Source: Octopus vulgaris (taxonomy: Eukaryota). Taken from it: DNA of 64,000 bases. The stretch's first letter is position 1. Every line of letters begins with the position of its first letter. A program made the translations under genes and the position numbers. A model generated the notes under the pieces. It did no database searches and was not told the origin of the DNA. It saw only the letters and a list, made by a program, of their open reading frames with translations. Positions 25,791-42,065 of this stretch are shown in pieces. The DNA lies in contig OX597815.1 of the NCBI GenBank assembly GCA_951406725.2, forward strand, positions 82,274,001 through 82,338,000, in the 5' to 3' direction.

Positions 25791-26646
25791 CTACTGGTAC
25801 AGCAACGATGTCTACAAAAATAAATATTACTGCCAATATCATCATTAGTCACTGTTCTCCACAAGCACACCCAAACACACGTGAATTTACATACATAATA
25901 CATACATACATACACACACACATGACCGCATAAATATACATTTAGAAAGTAAACCAGTCGTGCATTTCAGTTCATTAAAATCACAGTTGCATTTTAAGTA
26001 AAACGTCCACCTTGGCTACCGTAAGCTCATATAAACATAGACTCACAAGTGCGCACATGCGTATACACCCACTAACGGCCACGTGCACATATGCATTGGT
26101 CGATGTTATTATTATTCTTGTTGTTGCAGTTGTTGTTTTTACTGTTGCTGTTTCTTCCACTTTCTTCTAAACGTAGATTAGCAACATGCATCGTATATGC
26201 ATTGTAATGGCGTTGTTATCTATGCCACAGACATGATGCGACCGTACGTCTGATAAACTGTCTTTTGACATTATGCAACATTGCAATAAACCATAACAAA
26301 ATTCCGAGAACCACCTCCACCACCACCAACACCACCATCACAACAACAACAACAACAATTTACTGCACACTCTCCATGAAAATATGGAGGTATAATAAAG
26401 TTGGTTGGCTGGCTGGTCGGTCGGTTTGCTTCCTTTGGCCGTCAAATGCGGTGACTGTTTATTGGTTACTATTGGTTTGCTTGATTGGCTGAGTGTGAGT
26501 AGTTCTATAAAATAAGGTACCGTGGAGTCAAGATGTCTTCTTATGCTGGAAGCTTCTACAGAAACAGACTGTTTGTTCCAAAATTTCTTCCTCGCGATGC
26601 AGAGTGACAAGAAATGTCACTGCGATGTTATTTGGGAGCATGTCTG

Positions 26647-26678
<32 letters not shown>

Positions 26679-27643
26679 TGTATGTATGTATGTATGTATG
26701 TATGTATGTATGTATGTATGTATGCATGTATGTATATATGCATGTATGTATATATGTATGTATATATGCATGCATGTATGTATGTAGATATGTACCACTT
26801 TATATATATGTATACACACACACATATATAAATACATACACATGCATATTCACACAGACACATATATATATATATACATATATATAAATATACACACACA
26901 CACACACACAGACATATATATATTTACACATACGTTTGTATGTACGTATGTATATGTGTGTGTGTATGTGTTCCTATGTATGTATATAGCTATACAAGTG
27001 TCTAAGAGAAAAAGTGAGTGAGAAAGAGAGAGTATACATGAAACAAATAATACGGAGGCAAAATTTAGTGTGTATATGTAGTTGCATATTTGTGTATGTG
27101 TGTGTGTATGTGCGTGTAGTTCTGTGGCTGTGTTGTTCCGTATGCATAAGCACACATGTTAATAATACAACCCATGTACGGATACGTAAGCATATACTGA
27201 TATCATTGCATAAATGTAGTACACAAATGCACAAACACACTCACACACTCATACACACGAACACACACACACACACACACACATGCATACACACACACAA
27301 AATGTAGAGGCATACAAACATAACGTATTTATTGTATCAATATCTCCAATAGGCATATAATACTTATCTCCTCTTAAACCAGGCTCTATTTCTATCTAAG
27401 TATGTTAAGAAGTTTACCTGAGAGTCTTGTAATTAAGTGTAGTTTCTATGCCACTGCATAGTCCCTGTGCAAGTGGGTGGCATCGAGAGAGAAGACGTAT
27501 CTCGAAATTTTTGAAAACAGAAATTGTATGGAAGCTTGTACAATATACATATATATGCATACATACATACATACATACATATATACATACACACATACAT
27601 ACATACATACATATATATATATATCACTAGAAAATTTTTTTAT

Positions 27644-28289
<646 letters not shown>

Positions 28290-28454
28290 AGTTGAATTGT
28301 GGCTTGGGAAATCAAATCACGTCCGACAAAGCGTCTTGGTTGATTTGTTCTATTAATAAACAAGAAAATAGCCTCATGGAAGTGTTGGGTGCTTAATTAG
28401 AAAGTCGACTTCATTCTTATTTTATACTTCTATACATCTGTCTGTATACATACA

Positions 28455-28489
<35 letters not shown>

Positions 28490-28743
28490 GTGTGTGTGTG
28501 TGCGTATATATATATATATGCACACACACACACACAAATACATATATATGCATATATAGTAGGTGCTTTCACGTATACGAGCAAAGCCATTGCTAGAAAG
28601 AATCATTGATATGAGTCATTGATGATGCAATATGAGGCCCTTGTATGACTCTTGAGTCCGGCTAAAGATTTCAACATTCTATTGGATAATGCACAGCTGT
28701 GCCAGCTAGCAGGGGAACAGATGCCACAGTATTCATATATGTA

Positions 28744-28802
<59 letters not shown>

Positions 28803-29116
28803 ATATATATGTATACATACACACACGCATATACATACACACATGCATACATACACACACACACACATATATATATATTAATATACAGAAAGAAGGAAAG
28901 CTACTTATTCTCATAATATACTCATATTAATAAAGAAATATAAACATAAATGCATAAATGTACATACACGAACATACTTAGACACAGATGCATGTATACA
29001 CAAGTTCATATGCACATACATATGTGTGTATAAGTGTGCAGGTAGAGTAAGAAAAACAATTTACTTGGCCTTATATAGTAGCATGCATATAGATACCAGT
29101 ATATCTGTGGATATAG

Positions 29117-29340
<224 letters not shown>

Positions 29341-29537
29341 CAGACGTGCTGTCACCTCGGCTCCGAAGGTAATCGTTTATTTTGACTATTTATAGCCCAT
29401 ATTTTGTGTACATTTTTGTAAATTAGGTGTGTAAGGCACCCAACTTTCGTTTGAGTGCTTTTCCAAGGGAGGAATTCGCCCCTAGGGACAGTTTCAACCC
29501 TATTTAATTTGTGTATTTTTCTTCACGACATTAAAAA

Positions 29538-31170
29538 ATGTCGAGAAATTTTATTGTAGAACGCTGGTCGCGTTCCTTTATGGACCAGCATTTTCCTAGT
29601 CTGGAAACGCTAGGAGAAAAATAGAATTTATGCACGCAAATAGCAAACCTGAATGACGTGGTAGTGAACGCTGCAACCACTTGCGGTAACAGCCCTGTTA
29701 CCACCACCACCACCACTAACAATAGCAACAACGAGACTACTACTGCTACCACCACCACCTCCACCACCACCACTACCACGACCAACATAAATGATAAAAA
29801 TGAAACTCACGCGGATACTATTAACAAAAACATCAACAACAAGAAGAACAACAATAAAAATGAAATAAATATCTTACTATCTAATAGTGAAGATGTTAAT
29901 ATAAAAGAATCAACAATACCAGTAAATTTCGCTGACACTCTGCGTCAGAAAAAAGAAATAGTAAAATTTACGAATGAAGAGTTAATAGAAACGAGAGCAC
30001 TCTTTACAACCAAAGGGCAGGATTTAGTGCTGCATACACCTCAACACATAAAGGAACAAATAGAATATAAGACAATTATATATAAAATTATAAGAAAAAA
30101 CAAAAACAAAATGAACAGATTATAAAAACGGACATAGAAAAGTGTTTAAAAAACATAATGAAAAAAAAAGGAATATATAAACTGGTGTCCCCAGTTTAAT
30201 ACAGTGGTGGTCCGCTTCCCTAACCAGGAAATGGCAAAAGCTCACTCTGCGGAGTCTTTGTAAAATGATGAAATCATCATGGTACCATATTACAAAGGCC
30301 AGAGAGTGAGTAGAATTAGCATTAAAAATGTACCCCCCGAGATACCTAACAAATGGATAACAGGGGCAATCTGTTACCATTTGAAAAAGATAAATATATT
30401 AGAAACCGCCGTGTACAAAAACGACAATTGGGGTGGTAAAACAATAGTAGTGACCATCCAGATTGAGGGGTCCTCTATCGAGAACCTACCTGATAGGATC
30501 CATTTAGAAAATGGGCAAAGCCTATATGTTGTAGCAGAAGGCAAAAAGCCTAGATGCTACAACTGTGGCAGCCCAGAACATTTAATTGCCAAGTGCACTC
30601 TGGCACAGAAAAAACAAGAAAGAACAAATCAGAAAACAAATAAAAAAACCCTTGTTGCCAGCACCAACACACTCAATTATGGAACAATGCCAATAAAAAC
30701 AACAAACCAGCAAACAAACCTCAACAACATCACCAAGAAAAGAAACAGTACCAACACAATCACCGTTGACGTCGCAACCAATTCAACATACTGAACCAAA
30801 ATATAGACCAACACCAACACCGAGGACGACAATTAAAAAGACAGAAAACAGTGACGAGAAGACAAATTCTACCCCTAACACCACAACAACACAAACATTG
30901 CACAAAACATCAATAATTTCTACAAACATACATATTAACGCAAATGCTTTGCCTTTACTCCCTTCTGATTCGTCGGACGACGAAAGTTCGACGGAATGGC
31001 AAATAGTCACAGGGGGTAAAAGGAAAAGATCAAAAAAGCCCACCAAACAAGGAAGTAAAGCAGGGAGATATTTAACTCCGGACAGCATCCCCCTAGACAA
31101 TAAAAAAATCAATGAACCCGCAAAACCACACACACAACTAACTGCAATAGACACAGACAATAAAAATTAA
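29538..31170 (+). pseudogene. LINE ORF1 (nucleic-acid-binding, CCHC zinc knuckle), disrupted
   Basis: ATG 29538 is in frame with ORF 29658, with a TAG at 29622. The frameshifted segment 30279-30794 contains CYNCGSPEHLIAKC (30555-30596), followed by a T/K/N-rich tail. Confidence 0.8.
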
Positions 31171-31483
31171 TGGATTAAATTGCATCCAATACGGACATCT
31201 GTAAAGATGACTTTAAGACAAACAATCATCCGTGCACCACACCACCGAAACACATAAGAATTGTACACATAACACAAACACAGCACCATGCACTGAAAAC
31301 AATATTTCCAAATGCGGTAGGCGGGTTTCAACGATACCTCTCCAAAAAACTATACAAACACCTCATCAAAGACACCACAAAAGAAGAAGAAAATATGAAA
31401 CTTTCGAAATGAGTAAGTGACCTTCCTTCTTGCTTCTTGTCTCTTCCAATGTAGTGTGTGAAACACAATTTTCGTAAACGTCA

Positions 31484-34400
31484 ATGATGCTTAAATTAGG
31501 TTGTGTGAATGCGCGTGGCTTGGCGTCGGCTTGGAAGCAAGGTTACCTTCTAAACGACATCAAGTCACTGAACGTGGATATAGTAGCTATCAGTGAAACC
31601 AGACTCAGCAAGCCGCGGGCCCTCGCATCCATGTTTGGCGATCAATTCGACATTTATTTTTTTACCTGTCTGCCGAACATGGGTGGTGGAGGTACCGCGG
31701 TGCTTTTTCGAAAGAGTCTAAATGTAAAAGTAAGAACAACATTCTTAGACCCGGAGGGTAGGCTGGTTGTCTTGGACGTGGATGGCAGAAATGGGTGTGC
31801 ATTCCGTCTGATGGCAGTTTATGTACCGTCCTTAACGGGTCGGGCGGATTTCTTCAGACGTCTAGAGGTTTTCCTGGGTACGTCTAGACCTTTACTGTTA
31901 GTAGGGGATTGGAACGCTACCTTGGACACGCATCTAGATTATGTGGGAATGGATAGGAATAGAAGGAGATGTAAGTGCCTCAAAGACCTACTCAGACGTT
32001 TCCATTTGTCTGACAGGTTCTGACTCGACCATCCGAACGTGCCAACGTGGACTTGGTCAAACAGCGTCGGATCGTCGAGATCTTATCTAGATAGAATTCT
32101 ATGCAGGACAGCGGATAGGGATAGTGTAGGATGTCCACAATTTAAAATAGTCAGCTACACAGATCACAAATTTGTGACGTGTACGCTCGACTTAGATAAG
32201 ACACATAGACAGGGTCCCGGTTACTGGAAACTGAACACGTCGCTCTTAGCGCGACAGGTTTACAGGAACCGGATTAGCGAGTTAATTAAGAGGGCGCTGA
32301 CGGGAGCGGTCGTTAACAACCGCTGGTGGTACGCCCTGAAAATGGCAATAAAATCGGAATCAATTAGGTTTAGCAAGGAATTAGCGATAGATCGAAATAG
32401 AGTAGAGAGAGACCTGGTTAAGAAACTAGAAGAGGCACTTACCACTAGCAGCGCAACCAACGTGCTGGCTGTGAGGATGGCCCTCGACCAACACCTCAAC
32501 GCCAAGCACGAAGGTTGCGTCGTCAGAGTTAAATGCGTGCCTTAAGGAACGAAGGGATCGAAGCTGCGCGAGAGGCCCGGGTAGCAGAGGCGCAGCGTGG
32601 CAACAGAGCCAACATTCGGTCTCTAATAGATCAACAGGGATGCAGTTTACTCGAACCCGAAAAGATGTGTGAGGCCTTTCAACAGCACTTTGCTCGACTG
32701 TTTGGTGCGAGTGGTGGGTCGGAACGCGGGATGGATTTCAGTGCCTAACTGACCGACCTGCCGCGGCTCTCGGCAAGAGAAGCGGAGTGTTGTGAAAGTC
32801 CCATCACAGCCGCTGAAGAAAGACCCAAACAAGGGGAATTTTATAGATAATTTCAGGCCCATCACTCTGCTCAACGCAGATTTGAAAATTTTGGCCAAAG
32901 TAATAGCCGAGAGGTTGGCGCTTGTCATTGGTAAACTGGTCGACAGGGCGCAAACATGCGCCGTGCCGGGCAGAACCATACATGACAACCTCCATCTGAT
33001 GCGCTACATTGTGGACAGGGTAGTTAAGGATCCTGGCATGGGTGGGGCGCTGATCAATTTGGATCAGTCTAAAGCCTTCGATAGGGTCGACCATCGGTAC
33101 TTGGCGGCCGTCCCCAGGGCGGCTGGCTTCGGTCCCGTCTTCCGCGGTTGGATCGCTGCCTTGTATAGCGGCATCCGATCGGTGATTCGGGTGAACGGTC
33201 ACCTGTCGAAACCGTTTGACATCACGCGTTCGGTCCGTCAGGGGTGTCCCCTGTCGGCGCTTCTGTATGTATTGACTCTCGAGCTGCTACTGCGGAAGCT
33301 GGCGACACTGAGGGGCATCCCACGGGAACTGGGTTGCGGGACGAGCGTGTCGGCATATACGGACGATGTCACCGTCATAGTGTCGAGCGACAAACACATC
33401 CAGATGATAGGCGAGACACTAAGAAAATACGAAACGGTGACGGGAGCGAAGATTAACCCGGAAAAGTCAGTGGGTTTGCTACTCGGCACCTGGAGAAGCA
33501 AGCCTATGCCGTCCGACTGCGGCTCAGTAGTGGGACGCTGGACGGACGGACCGGTTAAATTGCTCGGGGTCTGGTTCAGTCCGGACCTCCAAATGGATAA
33601 GAACTGGGACGAGATCACGAGTAGAGTGGTCGCTCTCAGCCAAACATGGGCCGAGAGAAAGCTGTCTCTAAAAAGTCGGGCGGAGGTGGCGAACGCGTAC
33701 ATCGCATCCGTCATCGATTACCGCCTGACCGTCGTACCTTGTCCCGACGCCACCATCACCAAACTGGAACGCATACTCTTTCGCTTCCTGTGGAAGGGTG
33801 GCGTTCCGATGGTGAGGAAGTCCATTTGCTGTCAGCATCCGTTGAATGGAGGACTGAGCCGTGGTTGATGATGCACAGGCATGCGCTGAGACTGCGACAT
33901 CTCTGGAACTTCATCGACGACGGTGAACAGGTGTGGTCGCCGTTTGTGAGGCGCGCCTTCCCGCAGCTCGTCTCACTGACCGAACTGCAAACGTGGATCA
34001 AGAAGAGACCGAAACTGGGCGATTGGCACCGAGAGTGTCGCCAAGCTCTACAGCAGCTCTGCCGACCGGGGTCATACTTGTGCAACTTACAAACGACTAA
34101 AGCGTTCTATAGAGGACTAGTGGAGGGGAGGTCCGACGACACACTCGGGGCAAACCTGGGCGTCGACGAGAAATTCATAACCCGCCTGTTCAAGACGACG
34201 TTCGGGCCGGGGCCTATGGATAACTTCCAGAAATCCCTGGCTTGGCAGTGCTATCGAGACGCACTACCTGTTCGAGAGAAGAGCTACAGGCACGGTTCGA
34301 AAACCATCATCGGACCGACCTGCCCGAGATGCGGTCAGAGCGACGAAACAGTTCTGCACGCACTCGTGCAGTGTCCAGATATTTCAGAGCTGTGGACCTT

Positions 34401-34569
34401 CGTCGAACAGCTGTTGCCACGTGTAGGTCGGGCCCGCCTATCAGCTGAGTTTATCGTGAATATTGTTCCACCATCTTCCTTTAAACGGGAAGGGAAAACG
34501 GTTTTCGTTACGCTGATGGCTATGGCGAAAGAATGTGTGTGGTGGACGCGTTTGAAAGGACTGCAAACG
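31484..34569 (+). pseudogene. LINE ORF2 (APE endonuclease, reverse transcriptase, zf-RVT), disrupted
   Basis: APE motifs NARGL, ISETR, GDWNA, LDRI and TDH; RT motifs FRPITLLNADLKI, DQSKAFDRV, RQGCPLS and YTDD; zinc finger CPRC...HALVQC. Stops at 32021 and 32746, frameshifts near 32533 and 33860, and an internal deletion near 32815. Confidence 0.93.
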
Positions 34570-34815
34570 TAAACACACCAGCATCAGTTGTCAAGCGGTG
34601 GGGTGGGGATTACAAACACAGACACAAGGACACACTCACACACACGCACATATACGACGGACTTCTTTTAGTTTCCGTCTACCAATTCCACTCAGAAGGA
34701 TCTGGTCGGCCGGATGCTATAGTAGAAGACACTTGACCAAGATGTTACGCAATGGGACTGAACTCGGAACCATGTGGTTGGGAAGCATGCTTCTTACCAC
34801 ACAGCCACGCCTGCA
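34567..34815 (-). mobile_element. SINE family A, 5' part fused to the truncated LINE end
   Basis: ACGTAAACACACCAGCATCAGTTGTCAAGC...CCACACAGCCACGCCTGCAC is homologous to 4408-4656. Confidence 0.85.
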
Positions 34816-35258
34816 CTATATGTTGGAACAATATGATAGTGAGTGCATATGTACATGCATGTAATAGGACTTAACATAATTTGTGTCCTCAGATCGGTAT
34901 ACAGCATATCGTATAAATTAGGAAACAGAATGTGATACATCATACGCTAAGAATATGGCTTCTTAATAACTATATTTTGATGGTGGTATTTTATTTAATT
35001 AGATGACTTATAAACTAAATTTCTAATTAAGAAAATGCTTTAGCTATTTTAGCGAGGATAAATGACAGTATCAATTATAAATGATAAGCTATTTTGAGGT
35101 TAAAAGCCTGAGGTTAGACACAAAGTATTTAAAAATACGTAGATAAATAAGAAAAATAAGCCGGAAACAAGAATTTTCAGGAGATGAAAGTTCAAAGATG
35201 TATGTTTATGTGTGTGTGTGTGAATACACATGTACGGATCATTGTGAACTTTAGCAAT

Positions 35259-35365
<107 letters not shown>

Positions 35366-36029
35366 CATATGTATGTATATGTGAGTGAGTGTGTGTGTGT
35401 GTGTGTGTGCATGTGTATAATTAAATATCCATGAATGGACCTTTCACCGAATTCCTATATGAATATCTCAATTGTTTGATGAATTTAACTATCAGCTCAT
35501 TGTACTATATTATATTATATGCACCCGAGGATTCCACACATACATGCGTGAGCATGCGAATGTGTATGTGTGTGTGTGTATGAGTGCACGTAGGTATATA
35601 TACAGATGTATATATATATATTCACACACACATTGGTTTACATTCATGTGTACATATACATATACATAAAAAAGCAATTCACACACATTTTGCATCCAAA
35701 CTCACATAATCCTTGGGCCACTAACTCGGAATAACTTTCCAAACCTCATACGCAAAATATACCCATGCAGATGCTTATGCATATGCACACATTTAAACGA
35801 AGGAAGAAACAGATAACCCGGAATATATTATGAGACATGTTGCTCACTACACACTCATACACAAATATTCCATAAAAGCAAAAAAAAAAAAAAAAAAAAG
35901 TATTTATCACCCAAAACAAAATCCTTGATGGGAGATTAACCATATTATATGCTCATATTAAGAGACCCAGGAAAATAATATGGTTTGCTCCTTTTCTCTT
36001 TGAATATTAAGATTAACATAAGCAAAAAA

Positions 36030-36700
36030 TTCCTGGCATTATTTGTGTTATGTGGACGCCCCCAGACGATGAAGTAGGCTAGCCCAATACGTAGATATAG
36101 AAGGAGAAGTCTAGACGTCAGAGTTGAATAGAGGTCATCCTAACGTGCGATATAACAATTTGATAAACATTTCTCAGTAAATCATAAGTACAAGAAGATT
36201 GTTAATAGACGAACGGAAAATTTTCGTATAGGTTCTAAAGGACATTCTCAATCGCAAGTCATTCCAAGAGCCCACTCCTAGCTGTAACAGTCGAGACCCT
36301 GAAGTTTAACCTCTCTATCAGGCATACTTAATAAACACTATCTCGTAGTGCTTCAAGATAATGAAATCAAAAGAAAAACAATTCAGTCAGTTTATGCAAA
36401 AAACTATTTTAAAAGAAGATGCACGAATCAAATCTTCTTTCCGAAACATGGACAATGACAAGCTATAATATTGGCTAGCCATATATAGGATCTAAAGATC
36501 AAATGCGCACCATATACAATGAAGTGGAACATCTTGAAGAAATCTTACCTTATGTAAATTGATCAAAAACATGCAAAACATGTGTAGCCGAAAGATTTGA
36601 AATTCGTTTTAGATCCAAGAATTACACTACACTACTTAATTCTAGATCCTAAATTTTTTAGCAAATGCAAGCACATGGATAATTCTTTCTAGTCTAGCTG
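36030..36700 (+). pseudogene. Highly decayed Penelope-like GIY-YIG C-terminal region (different subfamily)
   Basis: Fragments FDKHFSVNHKYKKIVNRRT, YTMKWNILKK and LLNSRS...KCKH match the PLE pattern DKHFPxxHKLHKIFNR...WxIL...LLNxRxE..KCRH. Confidence 0.6.
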
Positions 36701-37289
36701 GGAGACAACTCCATCTCTGTATTGTATTACAGACGTTAGCCTCCTGTCCGTCCGTTGAATTACTCTACACCTGCTAGATTAATTATGATTTCGATGGATA
36801 ACGGGGACCCACTCTTGGTTTTCTTTCCTTTCTTTCTTTTCTCGTTTTTATTAAATTTTTGTTTTCTCGTTCTGCCTTTTCTGATTCCACCCTTTTCCTC
36901 GCGTTTTCTTATAAACCAGCCTCTTTTTTTTTATCAAATAATACCCAAACCATGATATACAAATTTGCCAACTTATACTGCTTCCACAGTACGAAACTAT
37001 AAGTAGCTCATATTTAAATACTGTTTATATTAAATGATTACATATGTTTACACAAAATTCAGAACAAAAATAGCTTAATAAAGCTACCAACCACACCGTA
37101 AACGTTACTTTAATAATAGGATTTAAAGTATAATTGTAATTTTGCAGCACGAATAGTGAACAATATGAAATTTCAGAATAGCCTTCGGTTCAAATCACCT
37201 TGATTTCGTTTTTACGCTTCCAACTTTTTCTCGCTCGTAATTAAATGGGTTTGGGAATGACAATCTAATGATTTGTTATGGCCCGCACA

Positions 37290-37680
37290 GACAGGTGAGA
37301 TGAATGTGTTGATGTTGTGTTTGAACTTTTCTAAAATGGCGTATAGAAGAAATAAAAGCGGATGCAGTAAAATTCTCAGTTCCTGGAACAAAAGATTGTG
37401 AAAAGTGTTTAACGAAAGTGCAATTTCTGAAGGAGATACAGTATTTGATGACAAGGCTGTGTCAATTGAAAATTAAGGTGTTTGGAATAAGAAGTTGTAA
37501 TGACAGTAGAACAGGCAACATAGAATATGCATGCCTGTCAGCCAGTTATAGCATGTTGGCGAATGTTATCTTTGCCAATCAGCCGACTCTGTTTAGAATA
37601 TTTTTGTTTAGCTGCAGTACCAACCTAAATATGAAAATATTCCAGCGTGCGATTAACTGGAGGGTTGATAAACGATAAGG
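37290..37680 (-). mobile_element. Decayed CR1/Zenon-like LINE ORF2 C-terminus
   Basis: Minus-strand fragments TLEY.HI..GTAA, ILNRV and LEKFKHNIN occur in the order expected for CR1-group ends, but are heavily frameshifted. Confidence 0.4.
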
Positions 37681-38193
37681 GAAGTACTAGTTTTTATACC
37701 CTAGAGGGAAATGCTAGAATTTTTGTCAAATCATTATATGTGAGTTCCCAACGTTGCATATCCGAGTTCTTGACATTATGCATATGTGCGTTATCAACGG
37801 TATATGATTGTCAAAATGTTTTATAAAGCTAACAATCGGTCGAATACAGTACTACCTACAAAACATTGATTTAGCTGCCCCACTACCATAAAACAAAAGC
37901 AAAAAAACAATCAAAGCAACAACAAAAAATATAGTAAAATGGGAATGAAATTACTATTACTGTTTTTCTACTTTAAATAACTTTAAATAGGAACGTCTAA
38001 AATTTATAACACGATATTATTTTAACTGTAAATAATATCATGTTATGTGTTTTGTTTTATCGTGCTGATATAATTTATCTTAAACTTTAACTTGAAACCT
38101 TTACGCAAACAGAATTTCTTTCACTGGCACAGAGCCAAAAACTTTTAGGCTAGAGTGAAGTCGATGAAATAGAAGCTAGTACTTGCCCGCTAC

Positions 38194-38270
<77 letters not shown>

Positions 38271-38310
38271 CGTGTGTGTGTGTGAGTGCGCGCGTGTGTA
38301 TGCGTGTATG

Positions 38311-38341
<31 letters not shown>

Positions 38342-38720
38342 CAAGTCCAAAGGGATGAAAGGCGAAGCCGACTTTTGGCGGGATTTCAATTTAGAATGTA
38401 AAGGGACGTAACTGAACAAATCGCAAGGTGTTTTGGCAGACAGTTCACGCCATTTTTAAGCTAACATAATATAGAATGATACTGCCGTTATTTTCTTACG
38501 ATAAAATCTAAATTTACCGATACCAATTAACCATAGACCGACACCGTTTAAGTAAGAGAATAGTAGCTACCATTGATAACTGCTAGAAAACTAAAGAAAT
38601 ATGATGATTTCAGTAGACGTCAGAAAATATATAGACTGCCGACATTGAAAAAAAAAGCACATTGTGATGCTGCGGTCGATGGTCTAAGCTCCTCTTTACG
38701 GCGCTTGTTATATTATAACT

Positions 38721-39108
38721 GTGGAGGCGCAATGGGCCAGTGGTCAGGGCAGCGGACTCGCGGTCGTAGAATCGCGGTTTCGATTCCCAGACCGGGCGTT
38801 GTGAGTGTTTATTGAGCGAAAATACCTAAAGCTCCACGAGGCTCCGGCAGAGGATGGTGGTGATCCCTGCTGTACTCTTTCACCACAACTTTCTCTCACT
38901 CTTACTTCCTGTTTCCGTTGTACCTGTATTTCAAAGGGGCGGCCTTGTCACTCTCTGTGTCACGCTGAATATCCCCTAGAACTACGTTAAGGGTACACGT
39001 GTCTGTGGAGTGCTCAGCCACTTACACGTTAAAATTCACGAGCAGGCTGTTCCGTTGGTCGGATCAACCGGAACCCTCATCGTCGTAACCGACGGAGTGC
39101 TTCCATCC
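38721..39108 (+). mobile_element. tRNA-derived SINE family B, full length with TSD
   Basis: Head GGAGGCGCAATGGGCCAGTGG...GGTTTCGATTCCC, with an 11-bp TSD ATATTATAACT at 38710-38720 and 39109-39119. Confidence 0.92.
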
Positions 39109-39677
39109 ATATTATAACTATAGGCCAGTATTGATACGAAACTCACTTCTAGGTAGAACACTGAATATACACATGCTTAGCTGTGAAATTAGATTGCTTG
39201 CTTCGTAAACACGTGGTCTGCAGTCTGGTTACACTATGCGATATCTTGAGTACATACATACCCATATGTTCTTACAAATATATGGGTGAGTACATGTGCG
39301 TACTATTTATACTATTTATGACATGTCCCTTTTGCTCTAGCAGAGTAGGTCGAAAACTCGGTGGAACGAAATGACATTTTATTTCTCTCTCGATTGTATG
39401 TAATCCAAAATCCAGTCTGGTGATATTGTGTTCCACATTTTCGTTCTAAAACTTATGTTTCGATTGTATGTGACAACGGAATATTCAACCGCTTATATTT
39501 TAACTTCATAGATAGCAATTTACAGTTTCGCAAAAAAAAATGTTCTTCGTCGATATCGACGGAGAATCCAACACCTTTGTCATAACTTGGTTATGCATAT
39601 TGGTTTTAAATTATCATAAATATAAATAAACCTAAAATGATGTTCGTACACATGAGCGCACATTCATACGCACACTG

Positions 39678-40470
<793 letters not shown>

Positions 40471-40728
40471 TCTTATGCAAACACACACATTTGTATATAT
40501 GTATGTATAAATGCATAAGAGCTATGCATGTAAATATATATGCATTTTTCGCATCTATCTTTGTATTAAATATCTATTTACTTAAATATGTCTAAATATG
40601 TATGAATATGTATGTATATAGTTATACACGAGCATATGTATTTATATATTTATCAGCACACATTCCCTTACGCACACATATTCAAATACATATCTATACA
40701 TATCACACACACACATCTATTTATATCT

Positions 40729-40762
<34 letters not shown>

Positions 40763-41166
40763 CTTTGTGCACACTTACAGACGTATATAAGTCAGGTGGC
40801 GCAGTTAGTTTAGAGATGCTCTGGCTCCTCTCCAAGCAAACAGCGCCACCTGCTGACAGAACCATTTCTGATGTCTTACTGATGTGTGAAGCATACAGAG
40901 CACATATAGCGATTAACAATGTGAGTCAGAATGTGGTGTGCTTGTGTGTGTATATATATATCTGTGTGTGTATATATCTGTGTGCGTGTGCGTGTGTGTA
41001 TGCTTGTGTGCGTATGTGTGCATATGCGCATGTGTTTGTTTTTGTTTTTGTCAATATCGTAAGATATGAAGATTTCACATAGTACGTAAGTATATATGTG
41101 TGTGTTTGCTTGTATGTTGTGTTCGTATTTATGCACATTCATACAGTTATTCTGTGTCTGAGTATA

Positions 41167-41209
<43 letters not shown>

Positions 41210-41241
41210 TTATATATCCATACACATACATACATGCATAT

Positions 41242-41283
<42 letters not shown>

Positions 41284-41813
41284 TTACATACATGACTTGT
41301 ACGTGCGTTCATATTTATGTTTACTTACAGATGCGGCGCATGCACTGACACATTTAGACTCACTCACACTTCCATACATACGGAACATATAAATACTGCA
41401 ACATATACTCCCACTCGATTCCACACGCACATAAATATTGACAGCTACAAAGAAATATTTAGATATTTCTGCACATCTGAGGCCATTGAAATGAAGGTGG
41501 TTTTAATGATACGGACAAGGATCACGTTCGCGGTTGCCATGTTAGTATTTCTGCTGTTGTTAAATATATTACTGGCCTTATATAATATATAATGCTGAGA
41601 GTACGCTTTCTGTTTCTTTCTATTTCACACTCTGTTTCTCTCTGTCTCTCTTTCTCTTTCTCTGTGTCTCTCAGTTTTTCTCTCACTCTCATTTTCTTTC
41701 AAACATGCACATGCATACATACTTAAATACACATATACACGCATTAATAATACACACATACATTCATATTTACTGTAGCTTTATATAACAACAACAACAA
41801 CAACAACAACAAC

Positions 41814-41887
<74 letters not shown>

Positions 41888-41889
41888 TA

Positions 41890-42065
41890 GTAATAATAAT
41901 CCTTTCTACTATAGACACAAGACCTGAAATTTTTGGGTAGGGGACTAGTCGATTACATCGACCCCAGTGTTTCACTGGTACTTGATCTATCGCCTCACCC
42001 CCGAAAGGCAAAGTCGACCATGGCGGAAGTTGAACTAGCAACGTAGCAACGGGATAAATACCGCT
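41890..42065 (-). mobile_element. SINE family C copy whose tail runs into (TTA)n
   Basis: The minus strand reads ...GTCGACTTTGCCTTTC...GGGGTCGATGTAATCGACT...CTTGTGTCTATAGTAGAAAGGATTATTATT. Confidence 0.75.

Larger units (their letters stand above)
29342..34569 (+). mobile_element. Tx1/L1-clade non-LTR retrotransposon, near full length, 3'-truncated and disabled
   Basis: 5' UTR, ORF1 with a CCHC knuckle, and ORF2 with APE endonuclease, RT and C-terminal zinc finger, all in the expected order. Confidence 0.92.
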
